DNA of 63,978 nt, the filler included, from Conidiobolus incongruus B7586 (taxonomy: Eukaryota), in the NCBI GenBank assembly GCA_000697335.1. It is 15 parts of 15 records of this genome, joined end to end, with 100 filler letters (N's around TTAATTAATTAA, not from the genome) between each part and the next. Parts side by side here need not be neighbours in the genome. Positions count along the whole stretch, not along the records: positions 14,077 to 16,514 come from JNEM01005681.1; positions 16,615 to 18,230 come from JNEM01005688.1; positions 18,331 to 20,175 come from JNEM01005694.1; positions 20,276 to 28,715 come from JNEM01005695.1; 11 more parts are not named here. One strand, 5' to 3'. The notes beneath the pieces are model-generated. The model was not told the origin of the DNA, ran no database searches, and saw nothing but the letters and a program-made list of their open reading frames with translations. Made by a program: the position numbers and the translations under genes. Shown here in pieces: positions 14,200-26,247 of the stretch. The number at the start of each line of letters is the position of its first letter. The stretch's first letter is position 1.

Positions 14200-14790
14200 A
14201 ACCTCCATTTTTGTTTATATTTTAGTAAATATAGTGTAGCTTTAGTTATTCTAATATTTTTATTATTAATTTCATTAATCTAATTAAGTTTAAATATTAA
14301 TTTATAAAATATACTTATATATTTAATTTTAAATCAGCTTTATAATTATTTAATTAAAATCAAAAATTAGTTTTAAAGATATATTTTATATTATAAATTA
14401 AAGAAAAAATAATAATTAAAATTAATACTTTATATTTAGATAAATTTTAAATAATATCCCTTTTAGCTTTAAATTGACAAATTTAGGAATAATTGTTGGT
14501 TTTAAAAAATAAATCATCTTTATAAATTATTTACAAAATTTAAATGCTTTGTAAAAGTTTAAGGTTAAGCTTTAATATTATTAAAATAAAAGTCTTTTGA
14601 TGATTAATATCAAATTAAAATATAATTAGAATTAATTTTAAATTCTTAAATAAAAGTAATTTAGTGAAAATAATAATTTAATATATATAATTAGAAAATA
14701 CTAATTGTTTCATATATTTTGTATATATTATATTTTTTAATACTAATAATATATTTAAAAAATCAGAAATTAAAAAATTTAGTATTTGTA
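14200..14790 (-). mobile_element. mariner 5' half, strongly degenerate
   Basis: Reverse complement matches 8930-9500 ('aaaatcagaaattaaaaa', 'aaataaaagtcttttgatgatt'). Confidence 0.6.
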
Positions 14791-14819
14791 TCCATATTAA
14801 TAATTTATTATATCAATTA

Positions 14820-16050
14820 CTAGGCTTTTGGGCTTTGGCTTTATAATCAATATTTGAAAAATAGCAATTTTCGAAGTTTTTATATAATAGATACGTTGAT
14901 ATTAATTAAATTATCAAAATAATTAAACGAAATATCTTATATTAATAATAGTTTTAATTTGATAATAAAATCATAAAAAATGAATTTTTTTAATTATAAT
15001 ATTCAACTATTTTTAATTATCCTAATAATTATATTTTTTTTATTCTTTTACTAAGTTTTCTAATATTTTTCTGTTTCCATTTTTAAACCTACATTCAAAG
15101 TTATAAATTACTGTGATTGAATTTGAATTAATATCCAATCAACGATTAAAGATTCTAGAATAGTAATATCACCATATATATAGATGGTTATTTAAAATGG
15201 AAAATTGTTATGTATATAGGTTTTTTATTATGATGATTCCAGTATTGGAAAGTGATTTGATAGATAGTATAATTTAATGGTTTTTATCCAAAATTTAATT
15301 TTACATAGCAAGATAATACTTTTGATATGTTTTTCATTTTTATTAAATTATATTAAAATTGTTGAAAAATATCTTTGTAATTTTAATATAATTTTCTGAT
15401 GTGGGTGTAATTAAAATTTGAATGATTTGTTAACTGGAAATTTATATCTAATTCTCTGGTTAATTGGGTTTAAAAAGGAATAAATTCATTTAATTATGAT
15501 TTTTTAAGTATATTGTGATCGATATTGAATTATATCATTGATAATTAAGACAATAAATCTCCCAATTTATATTAAGGTTGTTATTATTTGTATAAGGTCC
15601 ATAATTTGTAAACATACATATTGTGACAAAATTACCTAGTAATTTTGTATACTGGCATCGATGTTAATTGAATTATTAATAACAGTTTTTCATTTCGGAC
15701 TACCAGAAAATATCTTGAATTAGGCAATGTGTGTATCACATTATTTTTTTAATATTGTGAAAATCACATTTTGATAATAATATATTTCAATTTGATCAGA
15801 ATAATATGCATCCATTTTTGAAGCTGGTATAATCTTCTGATAATTTTTTTCTTTTTCACCTTAATTTGTATTAAAGCAAAAAATAACTTTCAATTAAACT
15901 AGTTATATATTTTTTTTCAATACATATTATACTAACTAATCCAAGTATTGTTATTATGATTAACAACCATCAAATAATTTTTTGAATGTGATATGATATA
16001 GAATTACTCAATGGTTTATATTTATATTATGATGGAAATAATTTAACATA
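14820..16050 (-). pseudogene. Possible decayed coding sequence, perhaps of an F-box/LRR-like family
   Basis: Higher GC than the flanks. Fragmented coding-like text with NYL...LGLVSIIC near the 5' end; no intact ORF. Confidence 0.25.
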
Positions 16051-16624
16051 AAAATTATATTTTAAAATATATTTTATATAATAGTTTTAGAATAATTTAA
16101 TCAAATTAAAAATAATATTAGTTTGGATATTAAAATAGTAATAATTTATTCATTTTATGTTTAATCATTTTTATTATCCTATATTAATATAATTTAACAT
16201 TCTGCTATATGTCATTTTATACTTATTTTAGCTGCTATATTAATTTATTTTGTTATCTAAAACCAAAATCCAAAAAGTATAACTATATTAATATTTTTGA
16301 AATAACCTATATTTTAAAATTATTCATTTTTGTTATTTTAATAAATATTTTAAAATATATTATTTTTTCAATGACTGGTTATTATATTAATTATATTTTA
16401 TTTATCGATATTTTTGCTTTAATTTTTTGTTTCTAATTTTAAAATATTATATCAAAAGTTTTTTATTATTTTAAATTATTAAACATTCCTGAATATATAA
16501 TATTTTCTTATAATNNNNNNNNNNNNNNNNNNNNNNNNNNNNNNNNNNNNNNNNNNNNTTAATTAATTAANNNNNNNNNNNNNNNNNNNNNNNNNNNNNN
16601 NNNNNNNNNNNNNNTAAATAAATA

Positions 16625-18192
16625 TATATTAACTTATAAAAGTGAGTTATAAAATAAAAACATTTATATTTTTACCAATAACTTGATTAATATTTAATAA
16701 AATAAACTTAAATTAAATAATTAAAATCTATTATATTTATTAATAATATATATCATTAAATGATAATATTTAGTTATTAATTAGTTAAAATATAAACCTT
16801 TAAATTTTACTTAAGATGAGTTATAAATTTGTAGGTTTTTGGTGATAAAAAAATTAAAACCTAATATATCTACCTATAATTTTTCTAATTTCTTTAAGTT
16901 TATAAGGTATAGAATCAATTAACTTTTTATACTAAAAAGGGTTAATTTTATTCTATACTTCTTAAATATATTCTTAAAGCTAATTTAAAACTTTAATTAA
17001 GGGAAAACTTTAATAGCTTTTTTTAACTAATTCTAAAAGTATTTAATTAGGTTAAAATTAAAAAATTAAAAAAGCTATTTTATAACTATTATCTTGTTAT
17101 TTTTAAGCTATTTGGTAGTAAAGGTTATAATATAACAAAAGGTATTATTTTGTTAGAAAATAATATTAAATTTGCTTAACCTATATTATTCAATTGTTTT
17201 TTTAATTTATTATTTAAAATACTTTAGTATATTTTAATATTAATTCCCTTATTAACTTTATAAAAATAGCTTATACATAAAGATAATATATATCCTTAAA
17301 TAATAATTAACTTATTATTATATTTCTAGATAAAATTAACATAATAGTTATAAAATAATTCTATATCATTTCTAAAGTATCTAGTTTTTTTATTAATTCT
17401 ATTAAAATATATTTTTGTTTTATTAAATTAAATAACTTTACTCTAATTAATTCTAGTTTAATATTAATAATAACATTTAAACTCTTGTTTAGTTTTATAA
17501 TAGGATTTCTTTAATTAAAGATGTTTTTTCTTAAAGTGTAAGTAGTATCTATATTAATATAAAGTATATATAATATTATTAGTGTTAACTAATATTATTG
17601 TATAGTTTTATAGTTTCTGTTATATTTCTATAATAGTATTATATTTGCTTATTCTAATTAACCTATAGATATACTTCTTATTATATTTATTTATGATTTT
17701 AACACATTTAAGTTTAAGTTTAAATATGTTTTTATTGTTATTCTTAATAACTTTAACTATAGTAAATTAACTAACACTAATAATTCTAGCAATATTATAA
17801 GTTGATATATTTTTTGATAAAGTTAATTAATATATAAATAGATATTTTAAAGAGGGATTTAGGTATAATAATATTAATAAAAAAAATTTAGTATATTTAT
17901 AAAATATTATATAAAATAATAACAAAGAGAGAAAAAAGATATGGTTATATATTGTTAAATATATCCCCTTATCTCAAAAACATTAATTTATAGCTTATCT
18001 TAGTTAAATATTAAGAGTTAATATTTTTGCTAATAATTTACTAAATATATCTAAATATATTTATTTATTATCAAATAATATACCTTAATTATATATTATA
18101 GCTTTAAGTAATTTAATATATATAATTATTTTATTTATTAATTAAAATATATATATTTTTGATTTTATAACTCACTTTTGTGAGTTAGTATA
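16625..18192 (-). mobile_element. Tc1-family DD34E transposon, full-length (~1.57 kb) degenerate copy with both TIRs
   Basis: Left tatattaacttataaaagtgagttataaaat and right attttataactcacttttgtgagttagtata are inverted repeats flanked by TA. Confidence 0.9.
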
Positions 18193-18330
18193 TAAAATTT
18201 AAAAATATTGATATTATTATATATTTTTCANNNNNNNNNNNNNNNNNNNNNNNNNNNNNNNNNNNNNNNNNNNNTTAATTAATTAANNNNNNNNNNNNNN
18301 NNNNNNNNNNNNNNNNNNNNNNNNNNNNNN

Positions 18331-18640
18331 TTATATATATTTTTATATAATTTTATTAATTATATAGATAATATTGAATTTTCTAATAATTAAGTTTTTT
18401 TCTCTCATAATTTTTATTATCTTTTATCTTTTATATTATTTATAAAATTGAAACTATATTTTATTAATATTTTAGTATATTGGTATTATCTAATATAAAT
18501 CTTAATACATCAATGACTTATCTCAATTTGAAGCTTAATTAAACTTTGTTTATATTTACACACTATATTCTATACTACCTTAATATATTTTATGCTATAC
18601 TATTTTTATAACTAATTTCTTTTATATTTTATTAGATTAA
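18331..18640 (+). repeat. Second copy of the putative Gypsy LTR
   Basis: Alignable by eye to ~2690-2960. Confidence 0.55.
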
Positions 18641-18655
18641 TTATTTTTATACTTA

Positions 18656-20175
18656 TATACTAACTTATAAAAATAAGTTATAAAATTAAAAATATATATA
18701 TTTTAATTAATAACTAAAATAACTATATATATTAAATTACTTAAAATTATAATATATAACAAGATATATTATTTAATAATAAATAAATATATTTAGATAT
18801 ATTTAGTAAATTATTAGCATAAATATTAACCTTTAATATTTAATTAAGGTAAGTTATAAATTTAAAGGTTTTTAAGATAAAGGAATATATTTAATAATAT
18901 ATAACTATATTTTGTTGATCTTTTTATTATTATTATATAGTATTTTACAAATATTTTAAATTGTTTTTATTAATATTATTATATTTAAATCCTTGTTTAA
19001 AAAATTTTAATTATGTATTAATCAATTTTATAAAAAAAATAAATCAACTTATAATATTATTAGAATTACTAGTATTAACTAGTTTATTATAGTTAAGTTT
19101 TTAAGAATAATAATAAAGATATATTTAAACTTAAACTTAAGTATATTAAAATTATAAATAATCATGATAAGAAGTGTATTTATAGGTTAGTTAATATAAG
19201 TAAATATGATATTATTATTAAAATACAATAGGAATTATAAAACTATATAAGAATATTAATTAATACTAATATTATTATATATACTTTATATTAATATAGA
19301 TACCACTTATACCTTAAAAAAACACCCCTAATTAAAAAAATCTAATTATAAAGTTAAGTAGAAGTTTAAATATTACCACTATTATTAAATTAAAACTAAT
19401 TAAAGTAAAGTTATTTAGTTTAATAAAATAAAAATATATCTTAATAAATTTAATAAAAATGTTAAATATCTTAAAAAAATATAGAATTACTTTATAACCA
19501 TTATGTTAATTTTACCCTAAAGTATAATAGTAAGTTAATTATTATTTAGGGATATATATTGTTTTTTGATATAAGATATCTTTATAAAGTTAATAAGGGA
19601 ATTAATATTAAGATATACTAGAGTATTCTAAATAATAAATTGAAAAAACTATTGAATAATATAGGTTAAACAAATTTAATATTATTTTTTGACAAGATAA
19701 TACCTCTTGCTATATTATAGCTTTTATTACCAAATAACTTAAAAATAACAAAATAATAGTTATAAAATAATTTTTTTAATGTTTTAATTTTAATTTAATA
19801 AAATATTTTTAGAATTAGTTAAAGAAAGTTATTAAAGCTTTCCCTCTAACAAAAGATTTAAATTAGCTTTAAAAATATATTTAAAAAATATAAAATAAAA
19901 TTAACCCTTTTTAATATAAGTTAATTAACTTTATACCCTATAAACTTAAAAAAGTTAGAGAAGCTAAATATAAATACACTAAGTTTTAATTTTTTTTATC
20001 ACCAAAAACCTATAAATTTATGACTCATTTTAGGTAAAATTTAAAGGTTTATATTTTAACCAATTAATAACTAAATATCATTATTTAATGATTTATAATA
20101 TTAATAAATATATATATAATTTTAAATATTTAATTTAGGTTTATTTTATTAAATATTAATTAAGTTATTAATAAA
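18656..20175 (+). mobile_element. Tc1-family DD34E transposon, degenerate copy
   Basis: Left TIR tatactaacttataaaaataagttataaaat. IIF*QDNTSCY at 19681-19713 (cf. FQQDNAPCH). 34 residues separate this D from the E position, now AAA. Confidence 0.9.
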
Positions 20176-22038
20176 NNNNNNNNNNNNNNNNNNNNNNNNN
20201 NNNNNNNNNNNNNNNNNNNTTAATTAATTAANNNNNNNNNNNNNNNNNNNNNNNNNNNNNNNNNNNNNNNNNNNNCAATGGAATAAATTTTCATCATTTA
20301 AAAATATAATTAATTACTTTGTAATTTTTTTGAATAATAATATTCATACTGTATAACTCAAAATTTATAAATATTTTATATTTAAATATTGTTAGATTTT
20401 ATTTGTAAAAAGTATAAAATGATTAAAATTATTTATATTAGGAATTTAACCTTTATTTATATACTATAATATTTTTTATAAAAAATAGCTTTTATTATGG
20501 ATATCAAGTAGTTAAATACTTTGAATAATAATTATTTATATAACTTAAAACCCTTATTTTCATAATTCAATTAATTATAATATTCAAAAAATATTAATTT
20601 TCAAAACAGAGTAAATATAATATATTTTATACTATAATCTGCCAAATATTTTGGTCTATATATTTCCTTAGTAATAAACTAATTATATATTTTTATAAAT
20701 AATTAGCTCATATAGTTAAATGAAAAGTATATTATAAAATGAAATAAAGTAAATAAATATTCGATAGTTAGTTAAAATTAAGTATTGTTTTATATCTCTT
20801 TATTATATGAAAATAATTATTAAATTAAAAAAAACTCTTTAATTATATATTAATATATATTATAAAAATATATTTAAAGTAAGAGTAAAATAATAAATTA
20901 AATAAAAAATTTATTATATTGCGCTTAGTTTTTGAAAATAGTATAAAAATATAAGGAATTTGTATTAATTATAGTATTTTTTTATTTAAGGTAACAATCA
21001 TAGACATAATATTATCTATGAGTAAATAATAATTCAAAAATAAATAATTTACAATTTAAGATTATTTAACTTAATTATATAATTTTGGCCTAATTAAACA
21101 CACATAATATTATTATATAATTAAATTATTAACTAATAAAAGTAAAACTGGCATAATAAATAATATAAAAATTATCAAACAAATAAAATATATAACTATA
21201 TAAGAAACCTATACGTGACATATTTAATTAATATTAATTATAATTAAAATAGTTTTAATGAATATAAATAACTATATTATATATCAGAAATATATAACGT
21301 AAAATTATTATTAAATGTTTTTTGATTATCTAAGAATTATAAATTGATTAGCTTGTATTTAAATATTTGACATAAAAATATCATTTAAAACTCTGAATAT
21401 GGTTTGTATCACAAAATTAATTTCTTTGTAACATTTTATTGATAGTAATACAACTCAAAATATATACTATTAAAAATCATTTGAATAATTTTATATACTA
21501 TCTTAATTATATATTAAATAAATGCAAAATATATTATATAGAGTATAGTTATGTTAAGAGAGATTTTTAAATTTTAAAAAATCATATATATATATATATT
21601 GGTTTGAGTTTAATTATTAAAAATTATATATGATTAAATATAAAAATTAATATATGCATAATATTTAGAATAAATTATAAATTTTTTTGAAAAACCTTTA
21701 ATTAATAATATTCAAAGTATATTGTAAAAATATGAAGAATTTTGAACGTTACGATCTAAAAATATATTTATACCATTGAATAATACTTTAAATATTCAAA
21801 ATTCTCCAATAGCTGCATTTTTCTATTTTTTTATATTTACATTATTATTAAAACAAATATTAGCAATAATAATCTCATAAAATATTATATTAAAATAATA
21901 TATTTCATATTAAATAATTTCTTTTATAAATCATAAAAAGTTTTGTATTTTAATAAGATAATAAAGTCATAGAAGAAATAAATTAAAAATTATAGAGAAT
22001 AAAGGTATTATCAAAATACTTATTACAAATCCTCGTTA

Positions 22039-22112
22039 CGCTCCCAGGTGGGCTTGAACCACCAACCTCCCGATTAACAGTCGGACGCGCTAGCCAATTG
22101 CGCCATGGAAGC
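22039..22112 (-). tRNA. tRNA-Asn (GTT)
   Basis: Reverse complement GCTTCCATGGCGCAATTGGCTAGCGCGTCCGACTGTTAATCGGGAGGTTGGTGGTTCAAGCCCACCTGGGAGCG folds as a cloverleaf with a GTT anticodon and GTTCAA T-loop. Confidence 0.96.
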
Positions 22113-22990
22113 AATACCTTCGAATACAATGTTTCAATAATTTCAGAACTTTAATTCGATAACTACTTGAAGTTTTTTGTGTTATTTAAAATGGATAAAT
22201 TTTAAATTATCTTATTGTATTATTCATAAATAAACCTTATCTATAATATTTTAATAGGTTTTAACTTTATTAGTATTAAATCATATTTTTATTAAGTGTA
22301 ACAAGTTATTGATAAATTTAGATTTGACCTTCTTTTAAGAATATTAATGATATTGACTCGGATTCAAAAATATTCTAACTGTAGACATTCTAATAAGTTC
22401 GCTACCTATCATATTGAATATTTGATAATATCAATAATGGAATTAAATATAATTAAAAAATAAAAATAAATTAGGCTATATTAACTGAGTAAATTTAGTA
22501 ACTTTTAATGGAAATTTATTTGATAAATGTAAATGTAAATGTGATATTGTCACGTTTGAGAATCCGAGTAGTTTTTGAGGTTTAATTTTAAAATTCGGAT
22601 GAAGTGATATTTCGATCTAAGTATTATGATAGTGGAAAATAAGAAATGTTAACTTTATAGTCTATTTTACGTGGAAAAAAAATGAATGCTGGGTATCATT
22701 AGGCTCAAATAATAGTTATCAATAGTAATTAGTAATTAAGTAGAAAGTAATGAAAAATTTAAAATAATGATTAAATATTTTAATAAAAAAATTAAATTAT
22801 GAATAATATAGGATAAAAAGAATTGAATAATATTAAGCGAAATTAATTATTAACAAAGGGGAGTAAGAGGGGCAGATAGAAAGAGAGCCTATTCATAAAT
22901 TCATTAAGTTGTTAAATGCACTACCTTTAGTGATAGGGACAGTTTGGGATTAATGAAATATACAAATCGACTCTTAAATAATTAAACTAA

Positions 22991-24100
22991 TTAGCATTGG
23001 ACTTCGATCTTGGGTTCTTTACCAGAAGCGTCAGCAGCAAAGTTTTGAGTGTAGTATCTACCTTCACCAGAGGATTCACCATATCCAAAGAAATCGTAGT
23101 CTCCAAGTAAGTTATCACGGTGGTATTGAGATTCTTCCCATCCCTTTTGGGCTTCGATGTAGGATTCTTGGCCGTTAGCAATGTTTTCGGCAGCACCTCC
23201 CCATTTGAAACCTTCAGATTCGATACGTTGAGCGAGTTGAGAACCGTTGGAACCATCATGGCTGAGTCTGTCAATGTTCTTCATATCTTGGGAGTGTTGT
23301 TGGGCAGCAACGGCGAGCTTGTCACTCCAGTACAAGGCCTTCTTTCCATGTTGAGCACGGAATTTGTTGACAAGACAGAGACATTTCTTACCGGCATCGG
23401 AGGGAGGAACATTGTTAGTGGGTTGTTCAGGCTTCTTGGGGGGTTGTTCGGGTTCAACAGGCTTGGTAGGGTATTGGGGTTGTTCAGGTTGAGTAGGATA
23501 TTGAGGTTGTTCGGGTTGAGTGGGGTATTGAGGTTGCTGAGGTTCTTCAGGTTTAGTGGGGTAACCGTTACAAACGGGAATGTAACCCTTATTACCTTCA
23601 GCAGCAGAACCCAAAATGACGGAAGCGACACCGTTGTTGTAGCTGCAAGAAATAACATCAAAGTCAGCGCTGAAGAGATGGCTCTTCTTGTCAGCAGAGA
23701 TAGAATCAGCAATAGCGTCTAAGGAAGGGAAACCGGCATAATATTTTTCGGTGTACTTGCTCAACGAGAGGCCAGCTTGTTGGAACTTACCGAAAAGGTC
23801 GGTATCTTGATAACCCTTAGAAGCATATTGAGAAGCAAGGAATTGATTGATGGATTGGAAGTTGTCAACGACAGCAAGAGGCTTAAGGCCCTGTTGGGCA
23901 CGAGCGTCATTGAGTTTACAGACAAAGTATAGATTATCGTAGTTACCGGGTTGGCTGGGCTTGGTAGGGTAACCAGGAGCAGCAGTGGGGTAAGAGGGAG
24001 CAGGAGTAGGGGTGGGAGTGGGCTTGACTACCTGATAATGAGCATCACAGATGCTGATATAGGAGATAATAGCAGAGATGATGAAGTTGGAGAACTGCAT
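22991..24100 (-). CDS. Secreted CAP/SCP protein: degenerate N-terminal CAP domain, Pro/Gln-rich linker, canonical C-terminal CAP domain
   Basis: 369-aa ORF with a signal-like N-terminus. Motifs LVNKFRAQHG, AAQQHSQDM, SHDGSNGS, AAENIANGQ, WEESQYHRDNLL; PQYPTQPEQ repeats. Confidence 0.92.
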   Translation of the reverse strand: MQFSNFIISAIISYISICDAHYQVVKPTPTPTPAPSYPTAAPGYPTKPSQPGNYDNLYFVCKLNDARAQQGLKPLAVVDNFQSINQFLASQYASKGYQDTDLFGKFQQAGLSLSKYTEKYYAGFPSLDAIADSISADKKSHLFSADFDVISCSYNNGVASVILGSAAEGNKGYIPVCNGYPTKPEEPQQPQYPTQPEQPQYPTQPEQPQYPTKPVEPEQPPKKPEQPTNNVPPSDAGKKCLCLVNKFRAQHGKKALYWSDKLAVAAQQHSQDMKNIDRLSHDGSNGSQLAQRIESEGFKWGGAAENIANGQESYIEAQKGWEESQYHRDNLLGDYDFFGYGESSGEGRYYTQNFAADASGKEPKIEVQC

Positions 24101-25587
24101 AATGAACCAGAAAATAGGGACTAGACGCTATACTTGTACAAATTATTATGCCATTGCTCCCATTTATATAAAACTTAGCAATGCATACTGAATTTTCAGT
24201 TCTCCATTACCGGTTTTTGTCAGGTTAGAATCGAGTTACCTTTAATAAAATTTGATTTGTTCACTTTGAGTTGAAGACTTGTGAATTTGATAAATGAATT
24301 TTATTACTATGGTGTGTGGTAAAAATTAGGCATAATATTACAAACCATATTGTTTACAGATTATGAGGCTTAATAACAAAAATTTCTATACCATATATAT
24401 ATTATTAAATAATAGCTTAAATAGCTTATATCTATAGTTTGGTTTAAAAAATTATATAAATTTTAAATAATCAAAATTATTATATATGTACACGTTTTTC
24501 AAGAATAAAAACAGGAGAATAATGTATGCAATAGTCATCACCTAAAATAGTAAATTTAATATGTAATATTACTGAAATTTATTTAAGTAAATATATTGAT
24601 TAATATCTTATATTTCAAAAACATAATATATTTATAGGTATAAATTGACAAATGGTTGTTCACCAAATTTTAGATAATTCGATGATTAATTATAAAAACA
24701 GTATTAATTTTAAATATCATATATATATATACCAACTCATATTTGAATAATATATTGTTGATTTATTATCAAATATATAATTTTAATTTAGATTATAAAC
24801 ATAGATATTTCTTTGAATTAGGATTTGTAAACATAAATATCTCTTTTATTATATACTACCTAAATCAATTTTTTCAACTAACCTCTTAAAAATTGTTTTT
24901 GATTCCAGCTATTTTACGATAAATAATTAGTCAATCTACTTTTAATGATAGAATAATTACTGTAAATAAATTCAAGAAATTTCTCAATATAGTGTAACTC
25001 AAAATCCTTAACAAATTTCAAAATAAATTAAATTTTAAATTGATTGAGAAATTTGGTCGTGAATGGTTATATTAATGATAAATCAGTTATTAATTTTATC
25101 TAGTTTGGAACGTTAAATCAAAGCAATTGATATTCAATTAGAATAGTGTTTTGAACCAATTTTTTAATATATTATTTATATTGTAAATATTTTAATCAAA
25201 TATTCAATTATTTGATAATGCTCTTCTTTATTTTTTTGTATATGTAATATAATGAATTCAAAAAAATATTTTTGATATTATAATATGATATAATAGAGAA
25301 TTATAAACAACTTATAGAGAACTTTGATAGTTAAAAAGGTGTAATTTTTACTTTGTACGCACACTTAAAAAGTTCTAGAAGACCCTGTCAATAAATCAAA
25401 GAAATATGGATATTCAACTTTGGTTTGGAATATGATAAAACTTGATGAGATTGTAATTATGAAATTTATAATATATACTCTCCAATATTATAATTTTTGT
25501 TCAATAAGAAATCAAATAATAATCCTAAAATTTTCTTCATTATTCAATTCTTATATTCAAGATCCTTGGATATTTTTAGTCTTTTTT

Positions 25588-26247
25588 CTACATGGATGCT
25601 GACAATCTTAAATCAAGGGTTATACCACTACAGTTTATTTCGATCTTGGTATCTTTTTTAATCAAATTGAAAGCAAAATTTTGGGTGTAGTATTCGGGAT
25701 TATCGAATTGGGCGAAACCAAAGAATTGGTGGTCACCGAGCATGTTTTTAGAGTGTTCAAAGGACTTGTACCAACTTTTAGTATCTTCTTCATTTGAATC
25801 ACCTTGAGCAATGTTTTCGGCAGCTCCGGACCATGCGAAGTCACGATATTTGATACGATCACCTAAATTCTTTTCGTCTTTGTTAATCCTGTGTACGAGT
25901 ATGTTTGTCTGCGTCATAAGGTCATTTTGATCTTTTGCAGCTAGAGCTAGTTTGTCGCTCCAATAAAATGGTTGCTTATCATGAAGTTGATGTATGGCAT
26001 TGATACGACAGAGATGTATCTTACCAGGATCATCAGGTTTGACTGTGACTTTGTTATCAATAGGGAATTGTGGTTGATTAGTGTCATTGAGATGATTGTG
26101 AATAGATTGGGAACCTTGTTCGTTACTGCCATTGCGATTAATGGGAGTAGATTTGGAGTTCGAAGTGCTATTTTGCCACTGATTGATAGAATCACAGATG
26201 CCAAAGTAAGAGACAATAACAAAGTTGATAATTTGGGAGAATTGCAT
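25588..26247 (-). CDS. Secreted single-domain CAP/SCP protein, paralogue of 22991-24100
   Basis: 219-aa ORF with a similar signal peptide (MQFSQII..). Motifs YWSDKLALAA, GAAENIAQG, YYTQNFA. Confidence 0.88.
   Translation of the reverse strand: MQFSQIINFVIVSYFGICDSINQWQNSTSNSKSTPINRNGSNEQGSQSIHNHLNDTNQPQFPIDNKVTVKPDDPGKIHLCRINAIHQLHDKQPFYWSDKLALAAKDQNDLMTQTNILVHRINKDEKNLGDRIKYRDFAWSGAAENIAQGDSNEEDTKSWYKSFEHSKNMLGDHQFFGFAQFDNPEYYTQNFAFNLIKKDTKIEINCSGITLDLRLSASM

Noticed and set aside
9229..16436. Short ORFs 9229-9432, 13078-13266 and 16209-16436
   Set aside because: Ile/Phe/Asn/Lys-rich chance ORFs, antisense to decayed transposases or in AT-rich DNA.
1..20200. Organelle DNA insertion or a centromere suggested by extreme AT content
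   Set aside because: No organellar genes; the AT richness is explained by decayed TEs. Centromere function cannot be judged from sequence.
22355..22570. 10-bp inverted repeat actcggattc/gaatccgagt
   Set aside because: Too short, with no target-site duplication or second copy seen.
23440..23560. Tandem ~27-bp repeats resembling a CRISPR or minisatellite array
   Set aside because: They encode the PQYPTQPEQ linker; no spacers and no cas genes.
22987..23722. Overlapping and antisense ORFs in the CAP gene (also in the tubulin, HTD2, ALKBH8 and Nab2-like genes)
   Set aside because: Shadow frames caused by codon bias and repeats; no recognisable motifs.
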